Positions 19,762 to 31,133 of a stretch of DNA of 64,000 bases are shown here, in pieces. The notes under the pieces were generated by a model. That model had not been told where the DNA came from. It searched no databases and saw nothing but the letters and a program-made list of their open reading frames with translations. Origin of the DNA: Terriglobia bacterium (GTDB lineage: Bacteria > Acidobacteriota > Polarisedimenticolia > Polarisedimenticolales > JAIQFR01); contig CAVVHE010000006.1 in the NCBI GenBank assembly GCA_963748015.1, forward strand, positions 160,001-224,000, in the 5' to 3' direction. Made by a program: the position numbers and the translations under genes. Positions within the stretch are counted from its first letter, which is position 1; every line of letters starts with the position of its first letter.

Positions 19762-20292
19762 CTACTTCATCTTGTCCATGGTGACCGCCTGCATGAGCAG
19801 CCACGGCCCTCCATCGACGGAGACCTCCGCGTCGTTCGTGAAACGCGTCGTTCCGCGCTGCGTGATCGTGGCTCGGACCTTCACCGGCTTCCCTTCGGCC
19901 TTCATTTCGAAGGCGAAGATCCACGTCTCGCCCTCGATCGACCCGCGGGCGAGGGAACCCACGCCCTGGCTGTCGATGTCGTACCAGGTGTACTGCTTCG
20001 CGTCGGGGTCGTAGCCGAAGATCGCCAGCTCGTGGTAGGGCGCGGTACCCATCGTTCCATCCAGCCGGCACACGACGTTGCGCCCGCCCGGGAACCTGGA
20101 ACAGTCGATCTTCGCGGCGAAGCTCCCGGCGGCGCTGACCGGGGTGGTCTTCAGCTCGCCGCCGCCCTTCCACTTGCCGACCAGGAAATCGAGCCGCTCG
20201 TACTCCGGCCCCGGCGTGGGCGCGGGTTTCCGCGCGAGCGCGGGGCCCGCGGCACAGAGCGCCAACAGACTCGAGGCGAGCAACTTCCTCAT
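19762..20292 (-). CDS. Exported DUF1579-like beta-barrel protein
   Basis: GGAGGAGG RBS, signal peptide, PGPEYERLDFLVGKW, FGYDPDAKQY..DSQG. Confidence 0.75.
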   Translation of the reverse strand: MRKLLASSLLALCAAGPALARKPAPTPGPEYERLDFLVGKWKGGGELKTTPVSAAGSFAAKIDCSRFPGGRNVVCRLDGTMGTAPYHELAIFGYDPDAKQYTWYDIDSQGVGSLARGSIEGETWIFAFEMKAEGKPVKVRATITQRGTTRFTNDAEVSVDGGPWLLMQAVTMDKMK

Positions 20293-20338
20293 CGGTGCCT
20301 CCTCCAGGCTTCCGCGCGACGAAACCGAGATGCGACGC

Positions 20339-21124
20339 TCACGGCTCCGCAATCCGCGGCAGCACGCCGCCGGGCCGGCCGAAATGGGGAACGGCGTCGG
20401 CAGCGTTGCGAGGATCGACGAACGCGCCACTCGCGGCGCTGTAGTAGAGACAGCCGATCTCGTCGGCGAGGCGGAACGCGACGAACGGCTCGACCGAGTC
20501 CAGCGCGTCGAGCCACCCGCGTTTCAATTCCTGGAGGTCGATCGGCGCCGCGAGGTCGAGCCGCGCGATGTCTTCCGGGCGGACCCTTCCGCGTCGACGC
20601 AGCAGCTCGAGGAGAGACAGGGGTGTGAAGCCGGGGTCCTTCCCGCAGGCCGCCCAGCAAAGCGGCCCCAGTCCGAGCACGTGCCTGTGAAGATGGAGCG
20701 CGTCCAAAACGTCGCGGGGCTCGTCGCGGCCTGCCAGCGCCAGCACCTTGTTGACGGCCAGGTCCACCGGATGGAGCAGGAACCCGACCCTCTCGTCGCG
20801 CACCGTCGGCATGAAACGCCAGGCCGAGTCGCGCGCCCACTCGACCTTGGTCGCCTGTGCGCCCTTGCGCACGACCGCGCGGATGTAGCCGGGTTGGTTC
20901 ATGTCGACGGCGACCGCATACCCGCCGGTCTCCAGCAGACTCCGGTCGGCGGCGAACGCCTCCGCGACCCGTGCCTCCGAGTCGTGGAAGTAGTCGAGGT
21001 CGCGGCTGTAGCGCGTCGTGTTGGGCTCGATGAGGATCGCCGCTCCGCCCGCGAGGTACGAATCGAAGGTCCTGTTCCGCGAGAGAAGGCGGGCCAGACC
21101 GGCTTGGTACTCCGTCAGCGGCAT
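20339..21124 (-). CDS. AbiEii/AbiGii-family nucleotidyltransferase toxin
   Basis: YLAGGAAI, RYSRDLDYF (GG..S.D.D), NKVLALAGR..PRDVLD; overlaps the upstream small gene by 10 bp. Confidence 0.82.
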   Translation of the reverse strand: MPLTEYQAGLARLLSRNRTFDSYLAGGAAILIEPNTTRYSRDLDYFHDSEARVAEAFAADRSLLETGGYAVAVDMNQPGYIRAVVRKGAQATKVEWARDSAWRFMPTVRDERVGFLLHPVDLAVNKVLALAGRDEPRDVLDALHLHRHVLGLGPLCWAACGKDPGFTPLSLLELLRRRGRVRPEDIARLDLAAPIDLQELKRGWLDALDSVEPFVAFRLADEIGCLYYSAASGAFVDPRNAADAVPHFGRPGGVLPRIAEP

Positions 21125-21381
21125 AGCTTCCTCGCGGTCTCCCAGGCGTCGCGCCCGCCGTGCTTGCGCAGCTGCTCCGCGACCCAGGCGACGTCCGACG
21201 GGCCGATGCGATACGCGGGATCGAACGACCAGAAGCACACCGCGTGGAACCGCCGGTAGGCCCGTCGCGCTTCGCGCACGCGGACCATAGCCCTCGCGGT
21301 CTCGGGGTCGAGCGCGCGGCGACTCTTCCGGCCGCCTCTCCGCCCGATCTCCGAGAGATAGATCCTCACGTTCCGGTCCAT
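21115..21381 (-). CDS. Small basic protein, putative cognate antitoxin
   Basis: 88 aa directly upstream of and overlapping the toxin; IGRRGG N-terminal motif; CFWSFD..VAEQLRKHGG..W C-terminus. Confidence 0.72.
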   Translation of the reverse strand: MDRNVRIYLSEIGRRGGRKSRRALDPETARAMVRVREARRAYRRFHAVCFWSFDPAYRIGPSDVAWVAEQLRKHGGRDAWETARKLCR

Positions 21382-21387
21382 GTCGAT

Positions 21388-21416
21388 ATCATAGTCCGTT
21401 TATGATTATATGTCAA
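21388..21416 (-). promoter_or_regulatory. Sigma70 promoter with overlapping inverted repeat; leaderless start
   Basis: Minus strand reads TTGACA-17 nt-TATGAT-6 nt-ATG. The ATCATA-N7-TATGAT palindrome (21388-21406) overlaps the -10 and the spacer. Confidence 0.8.
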
Positions 21417-21464
21417 TAGATATCAATTAGATAAACGTGTAGATGGCCGAGCTGCGGCATGTCG

Positions 21465-21640
21465 CTCAGGGCTTCGCCACGACCGTGAATGGCTCGATCC
21501 GGCCGTCGGGCAGTTCGCGCTCCAGGACCTGCAACGTCGACCGAGGCCGTAGTTCGTCCCGAGCCCGCTCGCAAGGCGCACCTCGGTCTCCATCTCGGCC
21601 CAGGACGAGGCGGCGAGGAGCTTGCGGTCCATTACCGCGA
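21465..21640 (-). pseudogene. Remnant of a serine hydrolase/beta-lactamase-like gene
   Basis: DRKLLAASSWAEMETEVRLASGLGTNYGLG is joined out of frame to TLQVLERELPDGRIEPFTVVAKP*. No start or N-terminal domain is present. Confidence 0.45.
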
Positions 21641-21677
21641 CGGACCTTCGTGAATAATGCGGGCTACCCGATCCGGA

Positions 21678-22736
21678 TCAGCGCGCCGCGGCGTTCGCCT
21701 GCGCCAGGTCCTCCGCGATCCACTTCCCGACCAGCTCGATCGCCTCCCCGTCGGCGATCACCGTTCCGAGAGGAGGCATCTGCGACGACGGGCGACGGGA
21801 AGCCATCCGGTAGAGGAGCGCGCTGCGTCCGGCCGAGCCCGGTGCGATCGTTCGCGACGCGCCGTCGGGCGCGCCGGGAACCTGGAATCGCCCCTTCGCG
21901 TCGATCGCTGTCACGATCGCGGGCTCCTTGCCGCCCTTCGTGGCCGCGGCGGGGTCGTGCGCCAGCACGAGGCCGAGGCGCGCGAGCGGGCCCGAAGGGT
22001 TGTGGCAGTGGGCGCAGTTCCCGGCGAGGTAACCGAGCACAGCGCGCTCGCGCGGGCTCGACGCCGCGATGCGCGGCGGACTCGAGGCGAGGTCGGGGCG
22101 CGGCGGCTCGAGCCTGCCCCGCTCGACGAGCGACGAGAGCGTGACCATGCCGGGCCGGAGCGGCTCAGCGTGGAGGGCCAAGGGATCGCGGTCGTCCGAG
22201 AGCTGCAGCGCGCTGAACCCGAGCACCGTCGACGGCCCCGACTCGTGGCAAGTCCTGCAGTCGGCGATCGCGGGAATCGAGTGGCGCTTTCCCGGCGCAA
22301 TCTCGGCGTACTCCCGGAGTCCCTCTTCGGGCGCCAACTCGGCGTCGGTCTGGGCTTCGTTCCACACGTACGTTGCGTATACCCATGCGTCCGCCGTCGC
22401 GCGCCACAACATGCGCGTCTCTACCTTGCGCCCCGCGAAGGCGAACTCTTTCCAGAGCTTCGTGCCAACGGGGAATCGCCACGCGTCGACATTCCGGACA
22501 TCGATCTTCGACCCTTCGGGCAGGCGGATCCAGCGCGACTTCGCCGCGCCGTCCGTCCACAGCGGGTACTGCGGGGAGTACGAGAGATTCCCCGCGGCGA
22601 TGGTCGCCGTACCGGTGGCCGCGTAAAGGCCGGTCTCCGAGAGCCTCTCGGGCGGGAGGACGGGGGCGGCCTCGCCGGCCCACGCGGCGGCCGCCGAGAG
22701 AGCGGCCACCGCGAGCATCAGGAATCTCGAGGTCAT
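21678..22736 (-). CDS. Exported diheme c-type cytochrome (SO2930-like)
   Basis: Signal peptide, RLSETGLY, PLWTDGAAKSRW, FPVGT, two CxxCH (CRTCH, CAHCH), QMPPLG. Confidence 0.82.
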   Translation of the reverse strand: MTSRFLMLAVAALSAAAAWAGEAAPVLPPERLSETGLYAATGTATIAAGNLSYSPQYPLWTDGAAKSRWIRLPEGSKIDVRNVDAWRFPVGTKLWKEFAFAGRKVETRMLWRATADAWVYATYVWNEAQTDAELAPEEGLREYAEIAPGKRHSIPAIADCRTCHESGPSTVLGFSALQLSDDRDPLALHAEPLRPGMVTLSSLVERGRLEPPRPDLASSPPRIAASSPRERAVLGYLAGNCAHCHNPSGPLARLGLVLAHDPAAATKGGKEPAIVTAIDAKGRFQVPGAPDGASRTIAPGSAGRSALLYRMASRRPSSQMPPLGTVIADGEAIELVGKWIAEDLAQANAAAR

Positions 22737-22758
22737 GGATGCCTCCCTCCCCCCGGCC

Positions 22759-23313
22759 TCAGTGCCCCTCGGGCGGATCCACCGGCTGCGGGACGCGGTT
22801 GCGGACCGGCGGGATCGAGTTCAGGTACGCGAAGATCGCCCTAAGGTCGTCGTCGGTCGCGGTCGCGACGGTCTGCCACGGCATCGGGGGGAGAATCGGT
22901 CGGCCGGCTCCCTCGTGGCGCCCGGTGCGTATTGCGTCCGTGAAGGTCTTGAGCGTCCAGCTCCCGAGTCCGGTCTCCGGATCAGGGGTCAGGTTCGCGG
23001 CGTAGCTCGTCCCCCAGGGGCCGGCGAACGCGGTCATGGTCGCCGCGCCGGCCCAGAGCCACGGTCCCGCTCCGAGCGACGGGGCCGGCGGCATGGCCAG
23101 ATCCTGGGGGTGGCCGGAGAGCAGGCGGCTCAGATCGGGCTCGGGGCCCTTGGGCCCCAACTTGAGGGGCGTGTGGCAGTCGTTGCAGCCCATGATGCGG
23201 GTGAGGTATGCCCCGCGCGCGACGAGCGCCTTGTCGGCGCCGGCCGGGCCGGCGAGGGCGGGAACGGTCGAGGCGGCCAGGGCGATCCAGATCGAAAGCG
23301 TGCGGTGTTTCAT
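22759..23313 (-). CDS. Exported monoheme c-type cytochrome
   Basis: AAGGAG RBS, signal peptide, RGAYL..CNDCHTP, AANLTPD..TGLGSW, PPMPW, AIFAYL. Confidence 0.88.
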   Translation of the reverse strand: MKHRTLSIWIALAASTVPALAGPAGADKALVARGAYLTRIMGCNDCHTPLKLGPKGPEPDLSRLLSGHPQDLAMPPAPSLGAGPWLWAGAATMTAFAGPWGTSYAANLTPDPETGLGSWTLKTFTDAIRTGRHEGAGRPILPPMPWQTVATATDDDLRAIFAYLNSIPPVRNRVPQPVDPPEGH

Positions 23314-23406
23314 GGCGACTCCTTTCGCTTCACGGCAGCAAGGTACGCTCCGCAGGACCGGCCCGTTGCTGCGGGATTCCTTTTTCTTTCGTAAACTATT
23401 CCTAAG

Positions 23407-23889
23407 ATGGGCCGGGCCGATTCGACCGTCGTGCTGACCGAGGAGCTGGCCGGTTTCCTCAGCTCCGGAATCGCCATCTCCATCGCGACCCGCGACGGCG
23501 ACCTCAACCCCAACGGCACGCGCGCGTGGGCCGCCGTGGTGGACGAGGACCGGCGCCACGTGACCGCGTACCTGTACGCGAAGACCGCGGGCACGATCCT
23601 CCGCGACCTCGAGGCGCATCCCCGGGTCGCACTCGGCTTCGACCGGCCGTCCGACAGCCGCGCGTGCCAGCTCAAGGGGGCTTTCGTCGGATCGGCGCGT
23701 TGCCGCTCCACGGACCGGCAGGAGATCGACCGGCAGTTCGCGGGGTTCCTCGCCGACCTCGAAAGGATCGGCTTCCCGCGCGCGGCCTTCACGGGCTGGA
23801 AGACCTGGCCCGCGATCGCCGTCCGGTTCGCGGTGACCGACATCTTCGTCCAGACGCCGGGACCGGGTGCGGGGGAGCGGATGCGATGA
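23407..23889 (+). CDS. Pyridoxamine 5'-phosphate oxidase-like FMN-binding split-barrel protein
   Basis: IATRDGDLNP, RACQLKG, IFVQTPGPGAG; ATGA overlap with the next gene. Confidence 0.72.
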   Translation: MGRADSTVVLTEELAGFLSSGIAISIATRDGDLNPNGTRAWAAVVDEDRRHVTAYLYAKTAGTILRDLEAHPRVALGFDRPSDSRACQLKGAFVGSARCRSTDRQEIDRQFAGFLADLERIGFPRAAFTGWKTWPAIAVRFAVTDIFVQTPGPGAGERMR

Positions 23890-25283
23890 CGATCGCCCTC
23901 GAGACCCTCGCGAGTTGCTTCCAGGGGCTGATCCCCGCGACGCTCTACACCTGCTCCAAGGACGGCGTGCCGAACGTGTCGGTGATCAGCCACGTGGACT
24001 ACGTGGATCCCGGCCACGTCGCGCTCTCGTTCCAGTTCTTCAACAAGAGCCGGCGCAACATCGCCGAGAACCCGAAGGCGCTCGTCCGGCTCTACGACCC
24101 GGACACGCTCCAGACGTACGTCTTCCGCCTCCGCTATGTGCGCTCGGAGACCGAGGGGCCGACGTTCGAGTCGATGAAATTGCGGATCGAGGCGATCGCC
24201 TCGTACTCGGGGCTCAAGGGGATCTTCAAGCTCATCGCGGCCGACATCTACGAGGTCGAGTCGGTCCTGCCGGCGAAGGACGAGGAGGGAGCGCCCGAGG
24301 CGGTCGCGGCCGCGCGGCGACACGCGGAGCAGCCGGCGGCCGTCCCGTTCACGATGAAGGCGCTCACCGATCTCTCGGAGAGGATCCAGCGGGCGTCGAG
24401 CCTCGAGTGTCTCCTCGAGTCGATCCTCGAGGCGATCGAGAGCCTGTTCGGCTTCGGTCACTCGATGATCCTGCTCGCGGGGGAGCGGCCCGACCGGCTC
24501 GTGACCCTGGCGAGCCGAGGCTACCCCGAGCGCGGCGTCGGGTCGGAGGTCGGGTTCGGCGAGGGGATCATCGGCATGGTCGCGGAGGCGAGGAAGCCGA
24601 TCCGGATCTCGGGGATGATCCGGCAGATGCTCTACGCCCACGCGGTCGCACGGCGCGCGAGGGAGCAGGGACTTTGCCCCGAGGACCGGTGCATCCCGCT
24701 GCCAGGTCTTCCGGGTCCCGAGAGCCAGCTCGGCATCCCGCTCCTCGTCCGGGACGAGCTGATCGGCGTCCTCTGCATCGAGAGCCAGGAGCCGTACCGC
24801 TTCCACGAGGAGGACAAGACCTATCTCGAGGTCCTGGGCGGATACCTCGCGATCGCGATCCAGAACGCGCTTCTTCGCGAGCGGGCCGAGGAGGTCGACG
24901 AGCTGGACGCCGCGCCGCCCGCGCCGTGCGAGGCGATCGGGACCGCTGGGGGAGCGCCGCGCCGCATCGAGGTCGCCTTCTACCGTGGCGACGAGTGCAT
25001 CCTCGTGGACGGCGAGTACCTGGTGCGGAGCCTTCCCGCGAGGATCCTGTGGAAGGTGCTCCGCGAGCATGGCGAGTCCGGCAGGGGGGAATTCACCAAC
25101 CGGCAGCTGAGGCTCGACAAGACCCTCGCGCTCCCCGAGTTCAAGGACAACCTCGAGAGCCGGCTGATCCTCCTCAGGCGCCGCCTCGAGGAGCGCTGTC
25201 CCGAGATCCGCCTCGTGCCTTCCGGCCGCGGCCGGTTCCGGCTGGAGCTGGGTTGCGAGGTCGCGTTGGTCGAGAAGCCCTGA
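23886..25283 (+). CDS. PNPOx-like domain + GAF domain + C-terminal winged-helix regulator
   Basis: TCSKDGVPNVS..HVALSFQFFNKSRRN; GAF segment GEGIIGMVAE..GIPLLVRDELIGVLCIES; C-terminal ILWKVLRE..FTNRQLRLD..NLESRLILLRRRL..GRGRFRL. Confidence 0.85.
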   Translation: MTIALETLASCFQGLIPATLYTCSKDGVPNVSVISHVDYVDPGHVALSFQFFNKSRRNIAENPKALVRLYDPDTLQTYVFRLRYVRSETEGPTFESMKLRIEAIASYSGLKGIFKLIAADIYEVESVLPAKDEEGAPEAVAAARRHAEQPAAVPFTMKALTDLSERIQRASSLECLLESILEAIESLFGFGHSMILLAGERPDRLVTLASRGYPERGVGSEVGFGEGIIGMVAEARKPIRISGMIRQMLYAHAVARRAREQGLCPEDRCIPLPGLPGPESQLGIPLLVRDELIGVLCIESQEPYRFHEEDKTYLEVLGGYLAIAIQNALLRERAEEVDELDAAPPAPCEAIGTAGGAPRRIEVAFYRGDECILVDGEYLVRSLPARILWKVLREHGESGRGEFTNRQLRLDKTLALPEFKDNLESRLILLRRRLEERCPEIRLVPSGRGRFRLELGCEVALVEKP

Positions 25284-25377
25284 GGCTCGTCGTCGGGGGC
25301 GGGCAATGCCGTTCGGCTCCGTCGTCGGCGTGCCGTCGGGAGGGAACGCGCCCTGATCGGGGAGCCCGAGTTTCGCT

Positions 25378-28161
25378 TCAGGGACAGCGGAGGCCGATCC
25401 GTTCGGTCCCCGGTACGCCGTGACTGGCGGCGAAACCGTACGTCCCGATCCCGCACGGGCCCGCGCCGCGTACGAGATACCAGTAGGCAACCCCCGCGGA
25501 AGGAACCTCGGGATCGTCGGCGGACGTCGTCGTGACGTTGCTCGCGATGCAGTCTTCGCTGTAGTAGTCCGAGCCCACGGGCAACGTGTCGGTCCTGCCG
25601 CGGTGCACGGAGTACCACGAGGCGCCGGTCCCCGGGCTCCAGGAGACCGTCGCGATCGTCCCCGCGCGCGAGACCAGCAGGCCCGGCACCTCGGCCGGGG
25701 CAGGGACCATCGTTCCAAGGCACCACCCGTCGACGCACGTGTCGTCGACCGAGCACGTCCAGCTGTCGTCGCACGGCACCGTGTTGTTCGTGTAGAGGCA
25801 ACCCCCGCCGGGATCGCACGCGTCGTCCGTGCAGGTGTTGCCGTCGTCGCAGGTCGCCAGGGTTTCCTGGCTGCCCGGGGTGCTGGTCCCGGCGGTCTTG
25901 CTGGAAAGAGTCGCGACGTTGAGGATCTCGGTGCCGGAGGCGAGGCAGTTGTCCACCTTCACCTGAAGCATGAAGTAGGCCGACCCTTGAGGGAAGCAGG
26001 CGGTCGTACACGTCACGGCGCCGACGGCTCCCACCGCCGGCGTCGTGCAGGTCCACCCCGGCTCGGCGGTCAGCGACTGGAAGGTCGTTCCCGCGGGAAG
26101 CGGATCGGTGAGAACCGCGTCGAGGGCGATGTTCGGGCCGTCGTTGTACACCGTGATCCCGTAGGTGAGCGTGGCGCCCGGCTGGACCGGTTCCTGATCG
26201 TCGGTCACGGTCGCCCACAGGGTAGCCGACTGCTGGCTGCCGGTATCGCAGTTGACCGCGATCGAGAGCAGGTAGTTGCCGTTCGGGCTCCCCGCTCCGG
26301 CGCTCCCGCCCCGAGCCCCCGCGTAGTACGCGCCGGTGTACCGGGCGCGCCAGGTCGCCGCCTCGCCCGGAGAGTAGGGCGTCGTGGCCGTGAGCGAGCC
26401 CGCTCCCGACGTGGTGGACGCGGTGTAGGCCGGGTCGTCGAAGTAGGAGATGCCGCCGAGGGAGTAGTCGGCGTTGATCAGCTTCCCGCCGCCCTGGTCG
26501 AACAGGAAGACCGTGGGGTTGAACGCGACCCCGTTGCGGGCCGGGGAGCCGTCCATGCTCACGTAGATGAGATCGCCTTCCGCAGCGCAGAACCGGTACA
26601 GATCGGGATCGCTCCCGGTGGTGCTGCCGGAGAAGAACATGTTCCCCGCGGCGTTCGCGGTGGCGGCGGTGTTGTTCGGCTCCGTCTCCGGCGTGGCCGA
26701 CGTTCCGTAGGCACCGCTGCCCGGCGGCTGGACGACCGCGTACAGCCGGTAAGGCTCGGCCGCGGTGGCGTCGCCGTTGTAGTTGACCCTCAGGTACGAG
26801 GCGACGCCGGTCAGCCTCGTGCCGGCGACGTTCGAGGAGTAGTCTCCGAAGGCGGGGGAGTTGTTGGAGGTGTCGTACTCGAGCGTGTCGGCGGCCGTCG
26901 TGACGCGCAGGTCGAAGCGGTTGTTCGGTCCCGCCGGCACCCCGTCCGCCATCGCGAACACGCTGCTGCCGGCCGGCGGCGTGCCGAGCGAGAAGAAGTC
27001 CTTGTCTCCGGCCACGCCGATCGATCCCCCCGTCTCGCACGACAGGAGGCCGGCAGTCGCGGGGGTGTCGTTGAGGTTCGACTGGCTGGGGGTGTCGGCC
27101 TCCCTCACGCAGGGGCTCACCTCGACCGTGTACCCCGTGATGTTCTGGTAGGTCTCCGCCTGGTCCACGAAGACGAAGATAGGCCGCGTGTCGGCGAAGT
27201 TCCGGCAGAACACCTCCTCGGCCGACACCCAGTTGCTGCTCAGGGTATTCCTGTTGGCGACGCCCATTCCCGTCCCGCACCCGAAGGGGCCAGCTCCCGC
27301 CGGCGGGCAGTTGCCCGAGGTGACGAAAAGAACGAGGTTGCCGCTCCCCTGGGTGACCTGCGCCCTGAACGAGTAGTCGCCCGGCGTCATGGGCCAGTAC
27401 GACCAGACGGTGTCCGGGCCCGGGGCGGCGCTGTACGGGGTGGACTGGCCGACCCCGGGGTAGCACAGGTCGCTCAGCGACGAGATGGAGTAGTCGAGGC
27501 TCGCCAGGGAGTTCGTGCCGTCGGCGATGCGGCTCGGGGGCAGCTGGATCGGGCTGTTGCAGGTGTCGTTCGACGGGGTCAGGCTCTGCGAGATGAGGAG
27601 CTGCACGGTGGACTGGCTCGGGTCCGGCGCGTCCGCGCCGAACTTCCACACGACGATCCAGTACGTGGTGCCCGAGTAGAGCTGGACGTTCCGCACGACG
27701 GCCTGGAGATCGAGCGCGCCGCAGGAGTCCTCGTCGCAGCCGTTCGCGACCTGGCTGAACGAGCCGCCGCAGGTTCCCGTGTAGACCCCGACGACGGTGT
27801 CGGGGACGGTCGTTCCGGTGTAGTCGTTCAGGCAGGAGGAGATCGTGTAAAGCGCCGTCGTCGCGGGGACGAACTTGTACCAGACGCTGCGGGACAGGCT
27901 GGGGAGGTCGGCGCACGTGGACGACGAGGGATCGCCGGTCGTGGTCGCGTCCGTGATGTCCGTCGCGGCGGTGAGGTACGAGAAGGGGCCGCTTCCCGGC
28001 ACGACCTCGGCGCCGGCGCACTGGTCGTTCGCCGGAACGGCCAGGGGCCCGGCGGTCTGCTGCGCCGCGACCGGGAGCGCCGCCAAGCTCAGGGCGACGG
28101 CGAAGGTCGACAGCAAGGCAGCGGGACGAGACACGCTTCTTCCCCTCGGCGATCTGCTCAT
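25378..28161 (-). CDS. Large secreted Cys-rich protein with PPC-like, DUF11 and Cys-repeat domains
   Basis: Signal peptide; PANDQCAGA and SNDTC modules; ETEPNNT; DUF11-like PGATLTYGITVYNDGP..LTDPLPAGTTF; CDDGNTCTDDACD repeats; C-terminal YWYLVRG..CG.G.YG..R..CP domain. Confidence 0.85.
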   Translation of the reverse strand: MSRSPRGRSVSRPAALLSTFAVALSLAALPVAAQQTAGPLAVPANDQCAGAEVVPGSGPFSYLTAATDITDATTTGDPSSSTCADLPSLSRSVWYKFVPATTALYTISSCLNDYTGTTVPDTVVGVYTGTCGGSFSQVANGCDEDSCGALDLQAVVRNVQLYSGTTYWIVVWKFGADAPDPSQSTVQLLISQSLTPSNDTCNSPIQLPPSRIADGTNSLASLDYSISSLSDLCYPGVGQSTPYSAAPGPDTVWSYWPMTPGDYSFRAQVTQGSGNLVLFVTSGNCPPAGAGPFGCGTGMGVANRNTLSSNWVSAEEVFCRNFADTRPIFVFVDQAETYQNITGYTVEVSPCVREADTPSQSNLNDTPATAGLLSCETGGSIGVAGDKDFFSLGTPPAGSSVFAMADGVPAGPNNRFDLRVTTAADTLEYDTSNNSPAFGDYSSNVAGTRLTGVASYLRVNYNGDATAAEPYRLYAVVQPPGSGAYGTSATPETEPNNTAATANAAGNMFFSGSTTGSDPDLYRFCAAEGDLIYVSMDGSPARNGVAFNPTVFLFDQGGGKLINADYSLGGISYFDDPAYTASTTSGAGSLTATTPYSPGEAATWRARYTGAYYAGARGGSAGAGSPNGNYLLSIAVNCDTGSQQSATLWATVTDDQEPVQPGATLTYGITVYNDGPNIALDAVLTDPLPAGTTFQSLTAEPGWTCTTPAVGAVGAVTCTTACFPQGSAYFMLQVKVDNCLASGTEILNVATLSSKTAGTSTPGSQETLATCDDGNTCTDDACDPGGGCLYTNNTVPCDDSWTCSVDDTCVDGWCLGTMVPAPAEVPGLLVSRAGTIATVSWSPGTGASWYSVHRGRTDTLPVGSDYYSEDCIASNVTTTSADDPEVPSAGVAYWYLVRGAGPCGIGTYGFAASHGVPGTERIGLRCP

Positions 28162-28388
28162 GGTGATCTCCCCTGGTGAAACAACAGCCTTCGCATGCAC
28201 GAACGACCCACGTACCGAGGCGTCCGGCCGCTCTCGCAGCGTCCCGGCCATGCGGCCCCCATTCGGCTAGGATTTCCGACTATGTAGCGATTTACGACGG
28301 GTGGCTGCCGCGGTCAAGCGGAAGTTTCCAGGGGAGCGCGCGGCAATCGACCGAAACTGTCCCGAAGGAGCCCGAGAAGGCTCTCGGG

Positions 28389-31121
<2,733 letters not shown>

Positions 31122-31133
31122 GGATGCTCCCGC

